From Enoplolaimus lenunculus (taxonomy: Eukaryota): a stretch of DNA of 64,000 nt. A program made the translations under genes and the position numbers. Position 1 is the first letter of the stretch; each line of letters starts with the position of its first letter. This document shows positions 36,387-48,872 of this stretch, one piece after another. The notes beneath the pieces were generated by a model that was not told the DNA's origin, made no database searches, and saw only the letters and a list, made by a program, of their open reading frames with translations. The stretch spans positions 1 to 64,000 of the forward strand of contig JASANG010000727.1 in assembly GCA_030248215.1 (NCBI GenBank), written 5' to 3'.

Positions 36387-38593
36387 ACAAAAGTGAATGG
36401 GTCAACGGTTTGGTCACGGTGTGGAAAAAAGACGGGACAGTTCGCATCACAACCGACCTCACGCCGATTAATCGCTACGTTATACCCGACAGGTACCCGA
36501 TTCCAAATATCGAAGACCTCTTGGGAGACCTGTCGGCAGCAAAGTGGAAGTCAAAATTAGATCTAAAACGCGGATATTTTCACATTTCGCTAGACGATGC
36601 CAGTCGAAATCTGACAACGACCGCAACTCCAATCGGGCCATTCGCATACAATCGGTTGCCGATGGGTTTGACAGATTCGGCCTCCGTTTTCCAGAAGTGT
36701 GTGGCAAATGCTTTGCGAGATTGCACTAAGACAATATGCTATATTGACGACATATTGGTCTACGGAACGACCAAGGAAGAGCACGACGCGGAACTGAGAA
36801 AGGTTCTCCAGTGTCTCAACGATCACGATTTCCGGTTGAACATAGACAAATGCCAATTCGCGGTAACTACAGCGAAGTTCCTTGGGTTTGTCATCGGGGA
36901 AGACGGTCGACTTTCACAAGACGATTCGAAAGTGACGGCCATCCGCAACGCTCCGGAACCGTCCGGCGCAAAGCAAGCGCGTTCGTTCCTAGGATTAGTC
37001 GGGTTTCACAGCAGATTTCTTCCCAACTTTGCAACTTTGGTCGAGCCTATACGAAAGCTCACTCGGGCAAATGCACGATTCCGGTGGGGCCCCGAACAAA
37101 AACGCTCATTCATTTCCATAAAGAATAAGCTGGCTGACAACTTGAAGCTTGCCGTGTTCGATCCCAACGCCAATACATTCGTAACAACGGATGCGTCTGA
37201 CGTCGGTATCGGCGCGGTCTTGTCACAAAACCAGGCTGGCAAGGAAGTTCCAATTTGCTTCATCTCACACACTCTCAGCGAACGCGAACGAAAGTACGCT
37301 GTCAATGAACGCGAGGGACTCGCATGTGTATGGGCCTGTGAGCGCTTATCGAAGTTCCTTCTCGGGCGACCATTCACTCTACGAACAGACCACTCAGCAT
37401 TAACAACATTGCTACAACAACACACCAGCACAAGAAAGTCAGCAAAATTTACGCGTTGGTTGGAGCGACTCGCTGAATTCGATTATACTATTCAATACAA
37501 ACGCGGATCGACAAATTACACAGCCGATGCCCTGTCCAGACTTCCAATTCCCGGCAGCGATGAAGCTGACGAGCCCGACTTGGGAATGAAAAGAATAATT
37601 AACGATAACGATATTGTAAGTTACGAACAGTTGGTTAACGAGACGAAAAATGATGTTCAGTTGCAAGCAGCAATGGACGCAACTCGGCTCAGCGATGACA
37701 AGTGTAGAAAAATGTTGTCAACGGTTTTAACCAACGACAGTTCAATTCAAGCTGAAGTATATGCTGATGGAGACTTGCTGCTAAGAGAAGATCGCATTGT
37801 AGTTCCTACAACATTACGCCACATTCTGATTAAACGCGCACACCGTGGTCACCCGGGCATTGGTCGAATGAAACGTCTTCTTCGATCACGGTATTGGTGG
37901 CCCGGAATGGATCAACAGGTCGAAACGTTCGTTAAGTTTTGCAATCCGTGTCAGGACAGCGCAAAAGCACATAAGTCATGTAACCCAAGCGCCGACGTTA
38001 CAATTCCAAAACCAAGCACACCGTGGTCAAAGGTGGCAATCGATGTCACGGGTCCGTTCGCTGACGCACCGAACAACCAGCGATTCGTGGTGGCCATCAT
38101 AGATTATTATTCATCTTATCCAGAAATTCTTTTGACGGGCGACATCACAACAGTGCGGATTACTCGCTGGCTGACCGAAGTCTTTAATCGCTTTGGAAAT
38201 CCTGATATTCTGGTATCTGATAACGGTTCGAATTTCGTATCGAGAGAAATGCAGCAATTTCTGAAATCGCGGGACATTCTGCATCATCGTGTGCCGTTGT
38301 ATGATCCCCGGCGCAACGGGAAGATCGAGGTGTTCAATCGTACCCTCAAACACACTGCACAAACCTTTGCGGCAGACAACAAGTCGTTTGAAGAGGGGAT
38401 GCAGGACGCCGTTTTCAGCTATCGTGTAACTCCGTTGGAGTGTGGCAACTCGCCAGCGAAGTTACTTATGGGACGTAATATTCGGTCGTACCTGGATCCT
38501 AGAAAGTCCACCACGTGTAAAAAAAAACTACACACAGCCAGATGGCGAGCAACCACGTACAGTCACTTCAAAGGTGTTCAAACACACGTTTAA
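36356..38593 (+). CDS. pol: Pol: reverse transcriptase, RNase H, integrase
   Basis: LDLKRGYFHI, RLPMGL and YIDD (RT); TDASD and TDH (RNase H); HRGHPG...CNPC, IDVTGP, SDNG and GKIE (integrase HHCC and DDE). Confidence 0.97.
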   Translation: MEELGIWSPVNKSEWVNGLVTVWKKDGTVRITTDLTPINRYVIPDRYPIPNIEDLLGDLSAAKWKSKLDLKRGYFHISLDDASRNLTTTATPIGPFAYNRLPMGLTDSASVFQKCVANALRDCTKTICYIDDILVYGTTKEEHDAELRKVLQCLNDHDFRLNIDKCQFAVTTAKFLGFVIGEDGRLSQDDSKVTAIRNAPEPSGAKQARSFLGLVGFHSRFLPNFATLVEPIRKLTRANARFRWGPEQKRSFISIKNKLADNLKLAVFDPNANTFVTTDASDVGIGAVLSQNQAGKEVPICFISHTLSERERKYAVNEREGLACVWACERLSKFLLGRPFTLRTDHSALTTLLQQHTSTRKSAKFTRWLERLAEFDYTIQYKRGSTNYTADALSRLPIPGSDEADEPDLGMKRIINDNDIVSYEQLVNETKNDVQLQAAMDATRLSDDKCRKMLSTVLTNDSSIQAEVYADGDLLLREDRIVVPTTLRHILIKRAHRGHPGIGRMKRLLRSRYWWPGMDQQVETFVKFCNPCQDSAKAHKSCNPSADVTIPKPSTPWSKVAIDVTGPFADAPNNQRFVVAIIDYYSSYPEILLTGDITTVRITRWLTEVFNRFGNPDILVSDNGSNFVSREMQQFLKSRDILHHRVPLYDPRRNGKIEVFNRTLKHTAQTFAADNKSFEEGMQDAVFSYRVTPLECGNSPAKLLMGRNIRSYLDPRKSTTCKKKLHTARWRATTYSHFKGVQTHV

Positions 38594-38900
38594 TGTGGGC
38601 GATTTGGTGCGGGCACGACTTCAACACGTCCCCAAAGGCAGGTCGCCGTTCACGTCTCCTTTCCGGATTCAGCGAATCTTGGGAGATCATACCTACGAAC
38701 TGGACAACGGTAAAGTATGGTCATCTCGAAACCTCATTGCGTTCAGACGGCCCCCATCGCCACCCTTGATGGTGGATAACGATAGCGACTGTCAGGTCCG
38801 ACGATCCAATCGATCCAGTCGAGGAGTACCTCCGGGTCGTATCTGCGTCAATCCAAGTTGGAAACGGTATAACGAAACCTTCGACAGAGGGGACAGATGA
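38520..38900 (+). CDS. Integrase C-terminal tail in a shifted frame
   Basis: FNVGDLV...SPFRI (GPY/F-like) and RRSNR motifs, ending at the polypurine tract. The shift is probably in the A9 run at ~38519. Confidence 0.75.
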   Translation, partial: KKNYTQPDGEQPRTVTSKVFKHTFNVGDLVRARLQHVPKGRSPFTSPFRIQRILGDHTYELDNGKVWSSRNLIAFRRPPSPPLMVDNDSDCQVRRSNRSSRGVPPGRICVNPSWKRYNETFDRGDR

Positions 38901-39099
38901 TGTGGCGTGGGCGAGCGGTGGAAGAAAGGAAAAGGTTCTAGAGATATGCAAATGATATGCAAAACGAGGAACAGAAAACGATTGTGTGTGTGATGACCAG
39001 AAAAGGTTTTGTGGGGGCATATAGTTTGCTTTTAATTTTGGTTTGGCTTAAGTAGCGCCTACTGATTAATTGGCGATCAGGATCAAGCACGGCTTTTTT

Positions 39100-40170
39100 G
39101 CTCTTTCCCCCAACAAAAAGGCCCCCACCGCCGCCCGCTTACCATCCCCCTCCCCCCCCCCCCCACTTTATCAACCGCCCCGGCCCCGCCCCACCAACTG
39201 TCCTGGCCGGGCCTAGACTACCCCTCCACCCCCCCGGAGGCGGGGCGCCGCCGCGCACTCCCCCCCCCCCTCCTACCACTTTCCCCTCTCCCCTCCCTCT
39301 GCCCGAGGCAACCTGGCGCCTCACCCCCACAACACCAACACCACCACCTTTACACTCTCTTTTCTCCCCTCCTCGACACCCCACACTCCCACACCCCCCC
39401 CCCCCCGCGCGACCCGATACGAGTCTCCACCACGAGCACAAGCAGCCGAAACACCCCACACTACTTTCCACTCCTCCCCGCCCTCTCACTCTCGCTGCGC
39501 CACCGGCCGCCGGGCACACCCCCCACAGCCACTCAGGTGTGCCGGTGGCTTCAAGACGAAGACAGCTACGACGACTACGGCCACGGACGCCCGACTCCAT
39601 CCCGACCCCCACGACGCCCACACGCCCCCCACCCCCACACAACACCCGCGCCGCCCCCCCCCCCGCCCCACCGCGAGGTACCGCGTCCAACAGACAACAC
39701 ACACACACACCCCACACACCCCCACACGCCCGCACCGGCGCACGCACACACAGACGCACACGTGAAGGCAGTACAGAACACAACAACCAGCCACAAGCGG
39801 TACAAGGGTCAAAAGCCACCCAACCCCCACACCCCCAAACCCCCACCCCCCCCCCCCCCACCACAACCCCAACCTCGGCCACCGACCCCCTCCCCCCCCC
39901 ACCCCCCATCCCAAATCCAAAACCACAAAACTAGACATAACTGTAAACTCTCTACCCCAACAAAATCCACACCGCCGCCATCGCCGCTGTTACGGCGACA
40001 GCCCCACGCTCACCCCCACCGCCCAAGCCACAGCGCCACCGCCGACACCACTCCAACTAAACCTGAAACCACCACCACCTCCAGCCCCGCCGACACCCCC
40101 AAACCCCCCACACCACAACACAAAATCGGACTCGCCAAAAACGAAAATGGAACTCGCCCAACACACACGA
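39100..40170 (+). other. C-rich, noise-corrupted copy of the LTR end and gag region (probable low-quality sequence)
   Basis: Its length (~1.05 kb) matches the LTR-to-protease distance in copy 1 (~1.1 kb). Residual colinear words match gag, and clean sequence resumes at the position equivalent to ~36042. Confidence 0.75.
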
Positions 40171-41331
40171 AGATTCTGGGAAGATCCGCTCAAGCGAAGT
40201 TGTTCGTGACAGATTGTCGAATGCGATCAATATTGGGTGTCGACCTAATTCCAGCGCTGAAACTCACAGTCACCCATCGCGATGCGAGTGTGAAGGCTGT
40301 GCATGTCAGTCGGGAAGATGACGTTTTGGCGCAATTTCCAAAGCTGACGTCCGATTCGCTGGGCACTTTTCCTAAATTCAAACATCGAATCCAGTTGCGG
40401 GATGATGCTGTTCCAAAAGTCGTACCTCCACGAACAATCCCCATTGCACGGCGGGAGGCAGCGATTGCAGAAATCAGAAGAATGGAAGAACTGGGCACAT
40501 GGAGCCCAGTGAACAAAAGTGAATGGGTCAACGGTTTGGTCACGGTGTGGAAAAAAGACGGGACAGTCCGCATCACAACCGACCTCACGCCGATTAATCG
40601 CTACGTTATACCCGACAGGTACCCGATTCCAAATATCGAAGACCTCTTGGGAGACCTGTCGGCAGCAAAGTGGAAGTCAAAATTAGATCTAAAACGCGGA
40701 TATTTTCACATTTCGCTAGACGATGCCAGTCGAAATCTGACAACGACCGCAACTCCAATCGGGCCATTCGCATACAATCGGTTGCCGATGGGTTTGACAG
40801 ATTCGGCCTCCGTTTTCCAGAAGTGTGTGGCAAATGCTTTGCGAGATTGCACTAAGACAATATGCTATATTGACGACATATTGGTCTACGGAACGACCAA
40901 GGAAGAGCACGACGCGGAACTGAGAAAGGTTCTCCAGTGTCTCAACGATCACGATTTCCGGTTGAACATAGACAAATGCCAATTCGCGGTAACTACAGCG
41001 AAGTTCCTTGGGTTTGTCATCGGGGAAGACGGTCGACTTTCACAAGACGATTCGAAAGTGACGGCCATCCGCAACGCTCCGGAACCGTCCGACGCAAAGC
41101 AAGCGCGTTCGTTCCTAGGATTAGTCGGGTTTCACAGCAGATTTCTTCCCAACTTTGCAACTTTGGTCGAGCCTATACGAAAGCTCACTCGGGCAAATGC
41201 ACGATTCCGGTGGGGCCCCGAACAAAAACGCTCATTCATTTCCATAAAGAATAAGCTGGCTGACAACTTGTAGCTTGCCGTGTTCGATCCCAACGCCAAT
41301 ACATTCGTAACAACGGATGCGTCTGACGTCG
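40171..41331 (+). mobile_element. Second, truncated copy of the retrotransposon PR-RT region
   Basis: Nearly identical to ~36042-37205. Lacks the 5-bp duplication of copy 1, has AAG>TAG at 41271 and breaks off in RNase H. Confidence 0.95.
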
Positions 41332-42616
41332 AGCTGGCTACGGGTCTCATACGCTACCGAACGGTGACGGATGGCGACGGACGGCGGCGTAGTTGCTAAC
41401 GTTAGAAATTGAACCAAATATAGCCCCACCCTAATACTCTTATTTGCCAAATGTTACCAAACCAATTGGTTTTCCACTTACCTATCCTGTGGCACTGCAG
41501 TTGACATTGCCTAACCAATAAAGTAAGATCATGAAATTAAATTATAACACTGAACCCAAATGATTATTATCAAATATGGATGCTATAAAATGCGTTTACA
41601 ACGATATATCCTATCCCGCAAATGGATGTCCAAGGATTCGCTCTTAATACTTCAGCCACAGGTTTGTAATTTTTGACATTTCAACGATAACTTACTCGTA
41701 GGATTACGCTTAGGCTTAGGCTTTGGATCAACCTTGAACTTATAGTTACATTTGAGTGGGTGGGAGGCGTACAAGCGGAACAGGATTACCGTAAACATCT
41801 ATCAGGGGCACAGCCCGGATTTCACTTCGATTCCGTAAACATCGTGTAAAATTTTACTCTATACCAATCGCAAGGTTATTTTCTGAAGCCTGTTCGAAGT
41901 ACATTGTCTTGTCTCGAGAAATTTCGACAAATACATCCCCTCGTTTCTTGCCATTGTATACATCCCTGGTACCGAATAAAAGTCCTGTACCAGTCTAAAC
42001 GAATATACAAATTTTGAGCAACCCAACACAGCGAGACCAAATTTATGAGCAGCTAAAAAGCCTTGTGGCGCGATGCATCCCGTAAGCCGACTGTTAGCAG
42101 GATCACATAGACAAAATTCGGTCCATAAGGGTGGCGCCATGCTTGTCGTGGGACGCTGTTCGTCGAGGCCGGACGTCGACTATTACCGAATGGCATGTTC
42201 GCAAATAGCCGGACAGCGCTAAGTGCTAGATTACGCACGACGCCGCACAGCGACGCATGTCGCCGGATAACATTACAATTTATCAACAAATATAACTGCC
42301 ACAGGGCCAGAAAGCACAACCGCCTGACACGCGTAAGAAATACCTTGCAGATATCATAGTGGCCACTTCATTCTAGAAGTCCGCGACTGGACCTCTGCTA
42401 AATATTTCAACAACAACATCGACTACACCGGGACTGTGCCTAAGGTTGCTATCCCAAAACCAGCCTGAGGACCTTTTAGCTACTGCGAATCCAGATATTT
42501 TCGATGGACATCCAAGGTTGACGTAGCAGCCGTGCCTTTTTGCCTGCGCCTCCCTGCCCCTTTTAGTTCCCCGCGTGTACTTGCCAAGGTCAACGTTTCG
42601 AATTTTGAGTTATCTC
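41332..42616 (+). repeat. Duplicate of 33392-34676 continuing into the apparent empty insertion site
   Basis: ...GAGTTATCTC|CAGGACGG here versus ...GAGTTATCTC|[LTR element] at 34676. Confidence 0.9.
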
Positions 42617-43735
42617 CAGGACGGCGGACACATGGCTTAATTGTTATTACAAAAAACACAACAGCCAAGCACAAAGTCGCCAGAGAAACATTGCGAGACG
42701 GCAGACGTAATTTTAGTCATTTATTGCAAAGTGAAATTGCTCGCTTCGGATGCAGGGTCGAAATTACACCTCGACTCGCGAGCTCACAGCCATCTTGCGA
42801 TTAACCTCATGTGTGATCTACAAAGGCGTTTTGCAGTTCCTGTGCCTTGTAGGTAAGTCGTGCTTACGACATCGAATTGTTTAGTACTGATAGCGCCAGA
42901 AATTGTGAGCATATTTCACGAGCGAAGCTAAAGGCACCGTTTCATAGTATAACCCAAACAGCAAATTCTACTCAGCATTAGTTTGAGACAATATTTACAA
43001 AATTTGTCAAAATCATTAAAGGGAACATGAAACTGTTTGACCGTATTCTTAGATGTGGGCAGCACCTATCACCCCCTCATCCGTTGGTGTCAAGTCGTGA
43101 AACTTTCGAATCTCGACCAACGTAAAGAACAATGGCGGAACAGTAGTATAAGTTAAATTCCGAAGCCTAAGCTTAAGACTAAGCCTAAGCCTAAGCTTAA
43201 GAATGAATTTATTGCTAAGTCTAAGCAAAAGCGTAAGCCTAAGAGTAAGAATGAATTTATTCCTAAGTCTAAGCAAAAGCGTAAGCCTAAGCGTAAGAAT
43301 GAATTTATTGTATAAGTTATATTCCTAAGCCTAAGCTGAAGACTAAGCCTAAGCCTAAGCGTAAGAATGAATTTATTCCTAAGTCTAAGCAAAAGCGTAA
43401 GCCTAAGCGTAAGAATGAGCATATTCTTAAGCCTAAGCCTAAGCCTAAGCAAAGCAAAAAAATAGTCTAAATCTTAAGCTTACCCTATTGCAGTCCCGCA
43501 GAAAAACGTTCCACCCCTGATCTTTACATGAGCGAGAATATCTGAACGCAGAGCTTAGGAATTCATCACAGGTTTCACATTTGATTTACCTTTATTGCTC
43601 TGTGCACAAAATTTCAGATTTGCAACCACAATAGTTTGTGAGTTTGAAAACCTATTACCACCTTTGTGATTGATGCTATACACAATTGAAAATACGGGCC
43701 CTAATTGTTACCACTAAGGTAAGTCCCTGTCGCCT

Positions 43736-43763
43736 GTTGTTGTTGTTGTTGTTGTTGTTGTTG
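43736..43763. repeat. (TGT)n microsatellite
   Basis: About 9 perfect units. Confidence 0.9.
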
Positions 43764-43854
43764 CGGAACAGTTCGTACTGGCGTTAATATGAGAGAATAA
43801 GAAATATACCCCGTTTGTAGTATCTCGGGAAACAAGAAATAGGTGCCCTTACAG

Positions 43855-44512
43855 TAGTGCCGGAGCAGGCAACATTGGAGGGTCCCCCCAAATTCCAGGA
43901 TGGGGGGCTCCAAACTCGCGAGCGAGAAGCCAGACGCATTTTAAAACTTAAGCGGTTTTTATTTCAACGGTGGGGGGGCCTTTAGGGGTGGAAGGCCCTC
44001 CAAATGGGAGATATGGGAGGGGGTGGCTGCTCTGGCCATGGAAATAACCCACGCCTAAAAGTTGTTTTGTGAGCATCGACAAATTTTGTTCGGCGTTTTG
44101 CAGCTGTACAAGTAAAACCAATCTATGTTTATGGCTAAGCCGCTACGAACGCCATGGTCCTTAGTGTTTATTGTGATCGCGTCCGTATATCAGGAGACGA
44201 TAGGAAGATAGAATTCCCAAAAATTTTGGTGACTCGAAAAAGACACTTGCACAGCTGCAAAACGCCGAACAAAATTTGTCGATGCTCACAAAACAACTTT
44301 TAGGCGTGGGTTATTTCCATGGCCAGAGCAGCCACCCCCTCCCATATCTCCCATTTGGAGGGCCTTCCACCCCTAAAGAGGCCCCCACCGTTGAAATAAA
44401 AACCGCTTAAGTTTTAAAATGCGTCTGGCTTCTCGCTCGCTTCGCTCGCGAGTTTGCGCGCCTCCGCCCTGGAATTTGGGGGGAGCCCCTACCCCTGCCT
44501 GCTCCGGCACTG
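43855..44512. repeat. Long inverted repeat (~255-bp arms, ~130-140-bp spacer)
   Basis: 43855-44113 is the reverse complement of 44245-44512. The inner ~200 bp are nearly identical and the outer part is diverged. Confidence 0.9.
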
Positions 44513-46707
44513 GTTATTTCCTCCCGAAATAAAATCACGGCTACGCCTCTGGTTCTGTGACACGTACGTATCGATGCAAGACATTATTACTAAATGACAA
44601 ACTCTGTACACCGAGGCAGCGAAGTTAACACGACTACAATTTGACTAAAACGAATAAAAATACTATATATATTATATATATTTATATATATACTTATATT
44701 TTTTTGTTTAAAACAACATCATAATTTTAGAATTGTGCAGCGTTAAAAAAGTAAAAAAAAACTGAACGAAATGTAAATAAAATTAGTGCAAAATAAAAAC
44801 AAACAAACAAAAATGATTTGACGGCTTGGTGGATACTATACGGATGTCAATAGATCCAGGGTCGTACGCAGGAGTGTCTGTGTCGGCCTCCCCGCCCCAC
44901 ACCGTTTAGCAGGATCGAATTCAAAATTTACAGCGAGAGTCGAAATTGGCTGACCTTCAGCGTAGTTCCGAAGTATAGTGCACACTTCCTTAAGCTTGGC
45001 AAGTTCGTTTTATACGAAAGTGTCGCAGGCCCGTAGCCAGCTCATCTTTGCTAGGGGGCTAAAAATTTTTCAGGAGGCGCATTCAAGGGTTTTCAATTAG
45101 TTACACGCAAGGTTCAAAACTTTCTACAGGGGCCCAAAATTCTCTATGGAGGGGTTGAGCCCCCTGGGCCCCCGCCTTGGCTACGGGGCTAAAGTGTTCT
45201 ACAAACCTGTCGAAAAGCCTTTTTCTTGTCTCTATAAATTTTGTGGGATATATATTCCGCTGTCCCCGTAATACATGTTTCTGGCGATGGAAGGTGAGAT
45301 TAGATTGATACGCGCCCGTAGCCATATGGGGCTCAGGAGGGGGGGGGGGGAGGGGGGCTCAGCACACCCACCCTGGACAAATTTTGCCACCGCCTCCTAG
45401 AAAATTTTCAACTTTTACTATTTGAGCAACAAACATCACATACGACTGTATTTACATTATGCATAACAAAGTTTTTGAAAAAATATAATTACGTATGTGA
45501 AAAACAGTTTTGAGAGATGAAACACATTTTAAAACCATGTGGATTAGTGAAATTTTAGGCAAATATTTTCGCACGCTGAAACCGGTCCGCAACCAGAGAG
45601 GGGTCCAGGGGATCTCAGCTCTCCCCCGTGGATAAATTTTGTCCACCATAGATAGTTTTCAACGTTGCTTGTAAGTCATCGAAAACCCTTGTATGCGCGT
45701 CCTGAACACATTTATTAGCCCCACTTGCAACGCTGTGAGCTGGCAACTGGCCTATGGTAAATAGATTATTGATGCACCAAATTAGTACGCTGGCACGTCT
45801 ATAGGCAATTAGCATCCACGCTAAACTTTGCTGGCTCCGGTTAAAATTTACGCGGATTTGTTACATAGCCCTCCAAAAAAGTTTAGAAGGCACAGGGGGC
45901 ATAGGTCAAACCTCAATCCCCTTGTGATTTTTGTAAACGATTTTTGATACTTTTTCAGTATATAGCACAAGCTTCGAAATTTTAATACAACACAACCACT
46001 AACGAATTAAGTCAATGTTAGAACTGGGGCGAAACAGTATTATTAGCATTTTCCTAAGCCTAAGCATAAGCCTACGCCTAAGCCTAAAGAATGAGCATAT
46101 TCCTAAGCCTAAGTCTAAGCCTAAGCCTAAGCCTAAGCCTAAGCCTAAGCCTACGCCTAAGCCTAAGCCTAAGCCTAGCAAAAAAATTAGTCTAAAGCTT
46201 AAGCTTTCTCTTTTCTAGTCCCACAGAAAAACGTTCCGCCCATGATCTTCACATGGGCCAGGAATCGTTCTGAGACGAGCTTGCATCGGTTCTATATTCA
46301 GTGTATAGATATTAAATTTATGCTTTTACGTTAAAGCTTAAGCTTAGGCTTAAGTATTGGCTTAGTTTTAAGCGAGAGCTTAGGAATGATATAAACTGAA
46401 ATGTTTGAAGTAACCTGTACTTAATCTAACAATTTTGCGGGAGCAGTAAACAAATACCCTAACCTCAAGGGTTACAGCCAAACTTTCACTTTGGGACTAA
46501 CGTATAATTTCATGTAAAACTGTTTTTGAAAGCGAATTAAACCGGCGAGAAATGACCCCTGAAATACCGAAGATTATTCTAAACCCTGCTAAACGAAATT
46601 TATTTGTATTTCAACCTAAAATTTTGACCATCCACACTAATCCCGCTGTCGCGATCCGCAAGAATATACCATTCCCTTGTATAACAATTGTATTATACAC
46701 AACTTAC

Positions 46708-47543
46708 CCCAAACCGTCACCGTCAGAAGGCATCGTTCGACAGGTCTCCGATCCATTTGGACTTTGTAGATATTCGCCAGCTAAATCCGATATCGTATCC
46801 GCGATCGCTGTAAGCGAAATACTTACATTGCGTCCGCCACGACGCTGTGTAACTTGACTTTCTGGTTTAGTTAATTCTCCGGTCGTTCCATAGCTTCCAC
46901 CAGCCGATCTCAGAGGGCTGCCTGAGTTCACGACAGGTTTGTCATCGTTTCGAACCGGAACCGAATTGCACCGAGGTTCCGGTTTCCTGGTGGTTGTTGT
47001 AGCGGTTGGTGAAGGTTTATCAACCTGTTGTTCACCGTAACTTGTTTCATACAGCACATCATCATCAGCATCATCATCATCATCATCGCTAGTGTCCAGT
47101 TCCGATCTGGTCACTTGTGTTGCTCGAGCGCTGTTGACGTCTTCTGACATTTTTGATTTGTGCGTTGACTGTTGACCATTATCACAAGTATTGATCACAG
47201 GTGTAACCAGCGGAAATTCTTTGTCAGAATCAGACGCAGGTGGCGTTTCCAGTGAAAAACAGTCGTAATTCGTCGTTTTCGGACCACCATCGTCGGATAC
47301 ATCAACAGGATTCGCATCGACCGCCGAATAAACTGATTTGATTGGTGATTTGTCTTTTGTCGGCGAAATGGTTCGTGTGTCTGCTGGCGCACTGTACAGC
47401 GAGGTAGTTTCTGACGGGAGCTTTTGGTTCAGTGGTGCCACTCCTACATCATCGCGAAGTGGTACGCTGCCAGTATCGAAGGAAAGCGTCGATTTTGAGC
47501 CGGAAATTGTTGAAATACTAGCGTTTGGTCGATTAGCGTCCAT
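46708..47543 (-). CDS. Putative first exon of an unknown acidic, Ser/Thr/Pro-rich, probably disordered protein
   Basis: 279-codon non-repetitive ORF with an in-frame stop upstream of the ATG and a poly-Asp tract. It ends at a consensus GG|GTAAGT donor. Downstream exons are not resolved. Confidence 0.65.
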
Positions 47544-48289
47544 ATTATACGTGCCGCAGATTCAATGACGTGTTCTTCACTAATAGGATATACAAGCCTA
47601 TCAAAAATGGCTCTGGTTCACTTTAATAGCGTTTTATTTATGTACGTACAGTTTGTTTGTAGTCGCTACACCCTAAAACAATAATATTTCCTTCAACTGA
47701 ACCAATAAATCTGTTTAGCAATAAAACAAAGAAAAATAATAAAATAATACACATTCAGCTTATAATAGTAATTGCCTTTTTTTGTTCAATTGTTACGAAT
47801 TCGTCCAGTTTAATTTCAGCATACACCCACATTATGATTTGCCGAAAAATGTAGTTAACTGCTCAAAAACAATTACGGGTCAGGCTCATGTAAAGATCAG
47901 GGGCGAAACGGTTTGACGCAGGACTGCAATAGAGTAAGCTTTTTAGACTATTTTTTGGTTTATCTTTTAAGTTTGAGCTTGGTGTAAGCTCATTCTTACG
48001 CTCAGGCTTAGGTTTAGGAACATGCTTACACTACTGTTAAAGCCTTGTTATACGTTAGCCAAGGATGTTGTACAGTGTAATCTCAAATACTTGAAATTGT
48101 TTGATTTTGATATAGCAGGCATAAGCTTGTTGGGGAAGGTTACATGTACCATATTAACGCAGCCACAGCTATTGCCCCAGCACAGCGATACTAAACAAGC
48201 TATGTCGTAGCGTTATGTGCAACAGCAAAGAGTATCGGCAAAGAATCGACATTTTTTGCAATGCCGACGCCGCTAATTATGAAAAGTGC

Positions 48290-48872
48290 CTATTATCCTG
48301 ATACTCACGAAAGTGCCGATTATGCCAATATTCACGAAAAGTGCCGATTATTACCGATGCCGATACTCACGAAAGAGCCGATTATTACCGATGCCGATAC
48401 TCACGAAAAGAGCCGATTATTACCGATGCCGATACTCACGAAAAGAGCCGATTATTACCGATGCCGATACACACGAAAAGTGCCGCTTATGCCGATACTC
48501 ACGAAAAGAGCCGATTATTACCGATGCCGATACTCACGAAAAGTGCCGCTTATGCCGATAGTCACGAAAAGTGCCGATTATGCCGATACTCACGAAAAGA
48601 GCCGATTATTACCGATGCCGATACTCACGAAATGTGCCGCTGATGCCGATACTCACGAAAAGTGTCGATTATTACCGATGCCGATACTCTCGAAAAGTGC
48701 CGCTTATGCCGATACTCACGAAAAGAGCCGATTATTACCGATGCCGATACTCACGAAAAGAGCCGATTATTACCGATGCCGATACTCACGAAAAGTGCCG
48801 ATTATGCCGATACTCACGAAAAGTGCCGCTTATGCCGATACTCACGAAAAGTGCCGATTATTGCTGATGCCG
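48290..48872. repeat. Compound minisatellite of 35-bp and 28-29-bp units
   Basis: TGCCGATACTCACGAAAAGAGCCGATTATTACCGA alternates irregularly with TGCCGATACTCACGAAAAGTGCCGCTTA. Confidence 0.92.

Larger units (their letters stand above)
34677..39116 (+). mobile_element. Ty3/gypsy LTR retrotransposon, Mag-like
   Basis: LTRs of ~220 bp: the 5' LTR ends ...CATCA at 34937 and the 3' LTR starts TGATG at 38898 after the purine tract AGAGGGGACAGA. PBS-like TGGCGAC at 34942. Domain order gag-PR-RT-RH-IN. The outer ends of both LTRs are corrupted. Confidence 0.95.

Noticed and set aside
36275..36390. Programmed ribosomal frameshift between gag and pol
   Set aside because: The second copy lacks the 5-bp duplication and is in frame.
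39098..40170. Pro-rich or Gly-rich ORFs and an apparent extensin-RT fusion (39537-41273)
   Set aside because: They derive from a C-homopolymer-rich corrupted copy of gag and are most likely sequencing noise.
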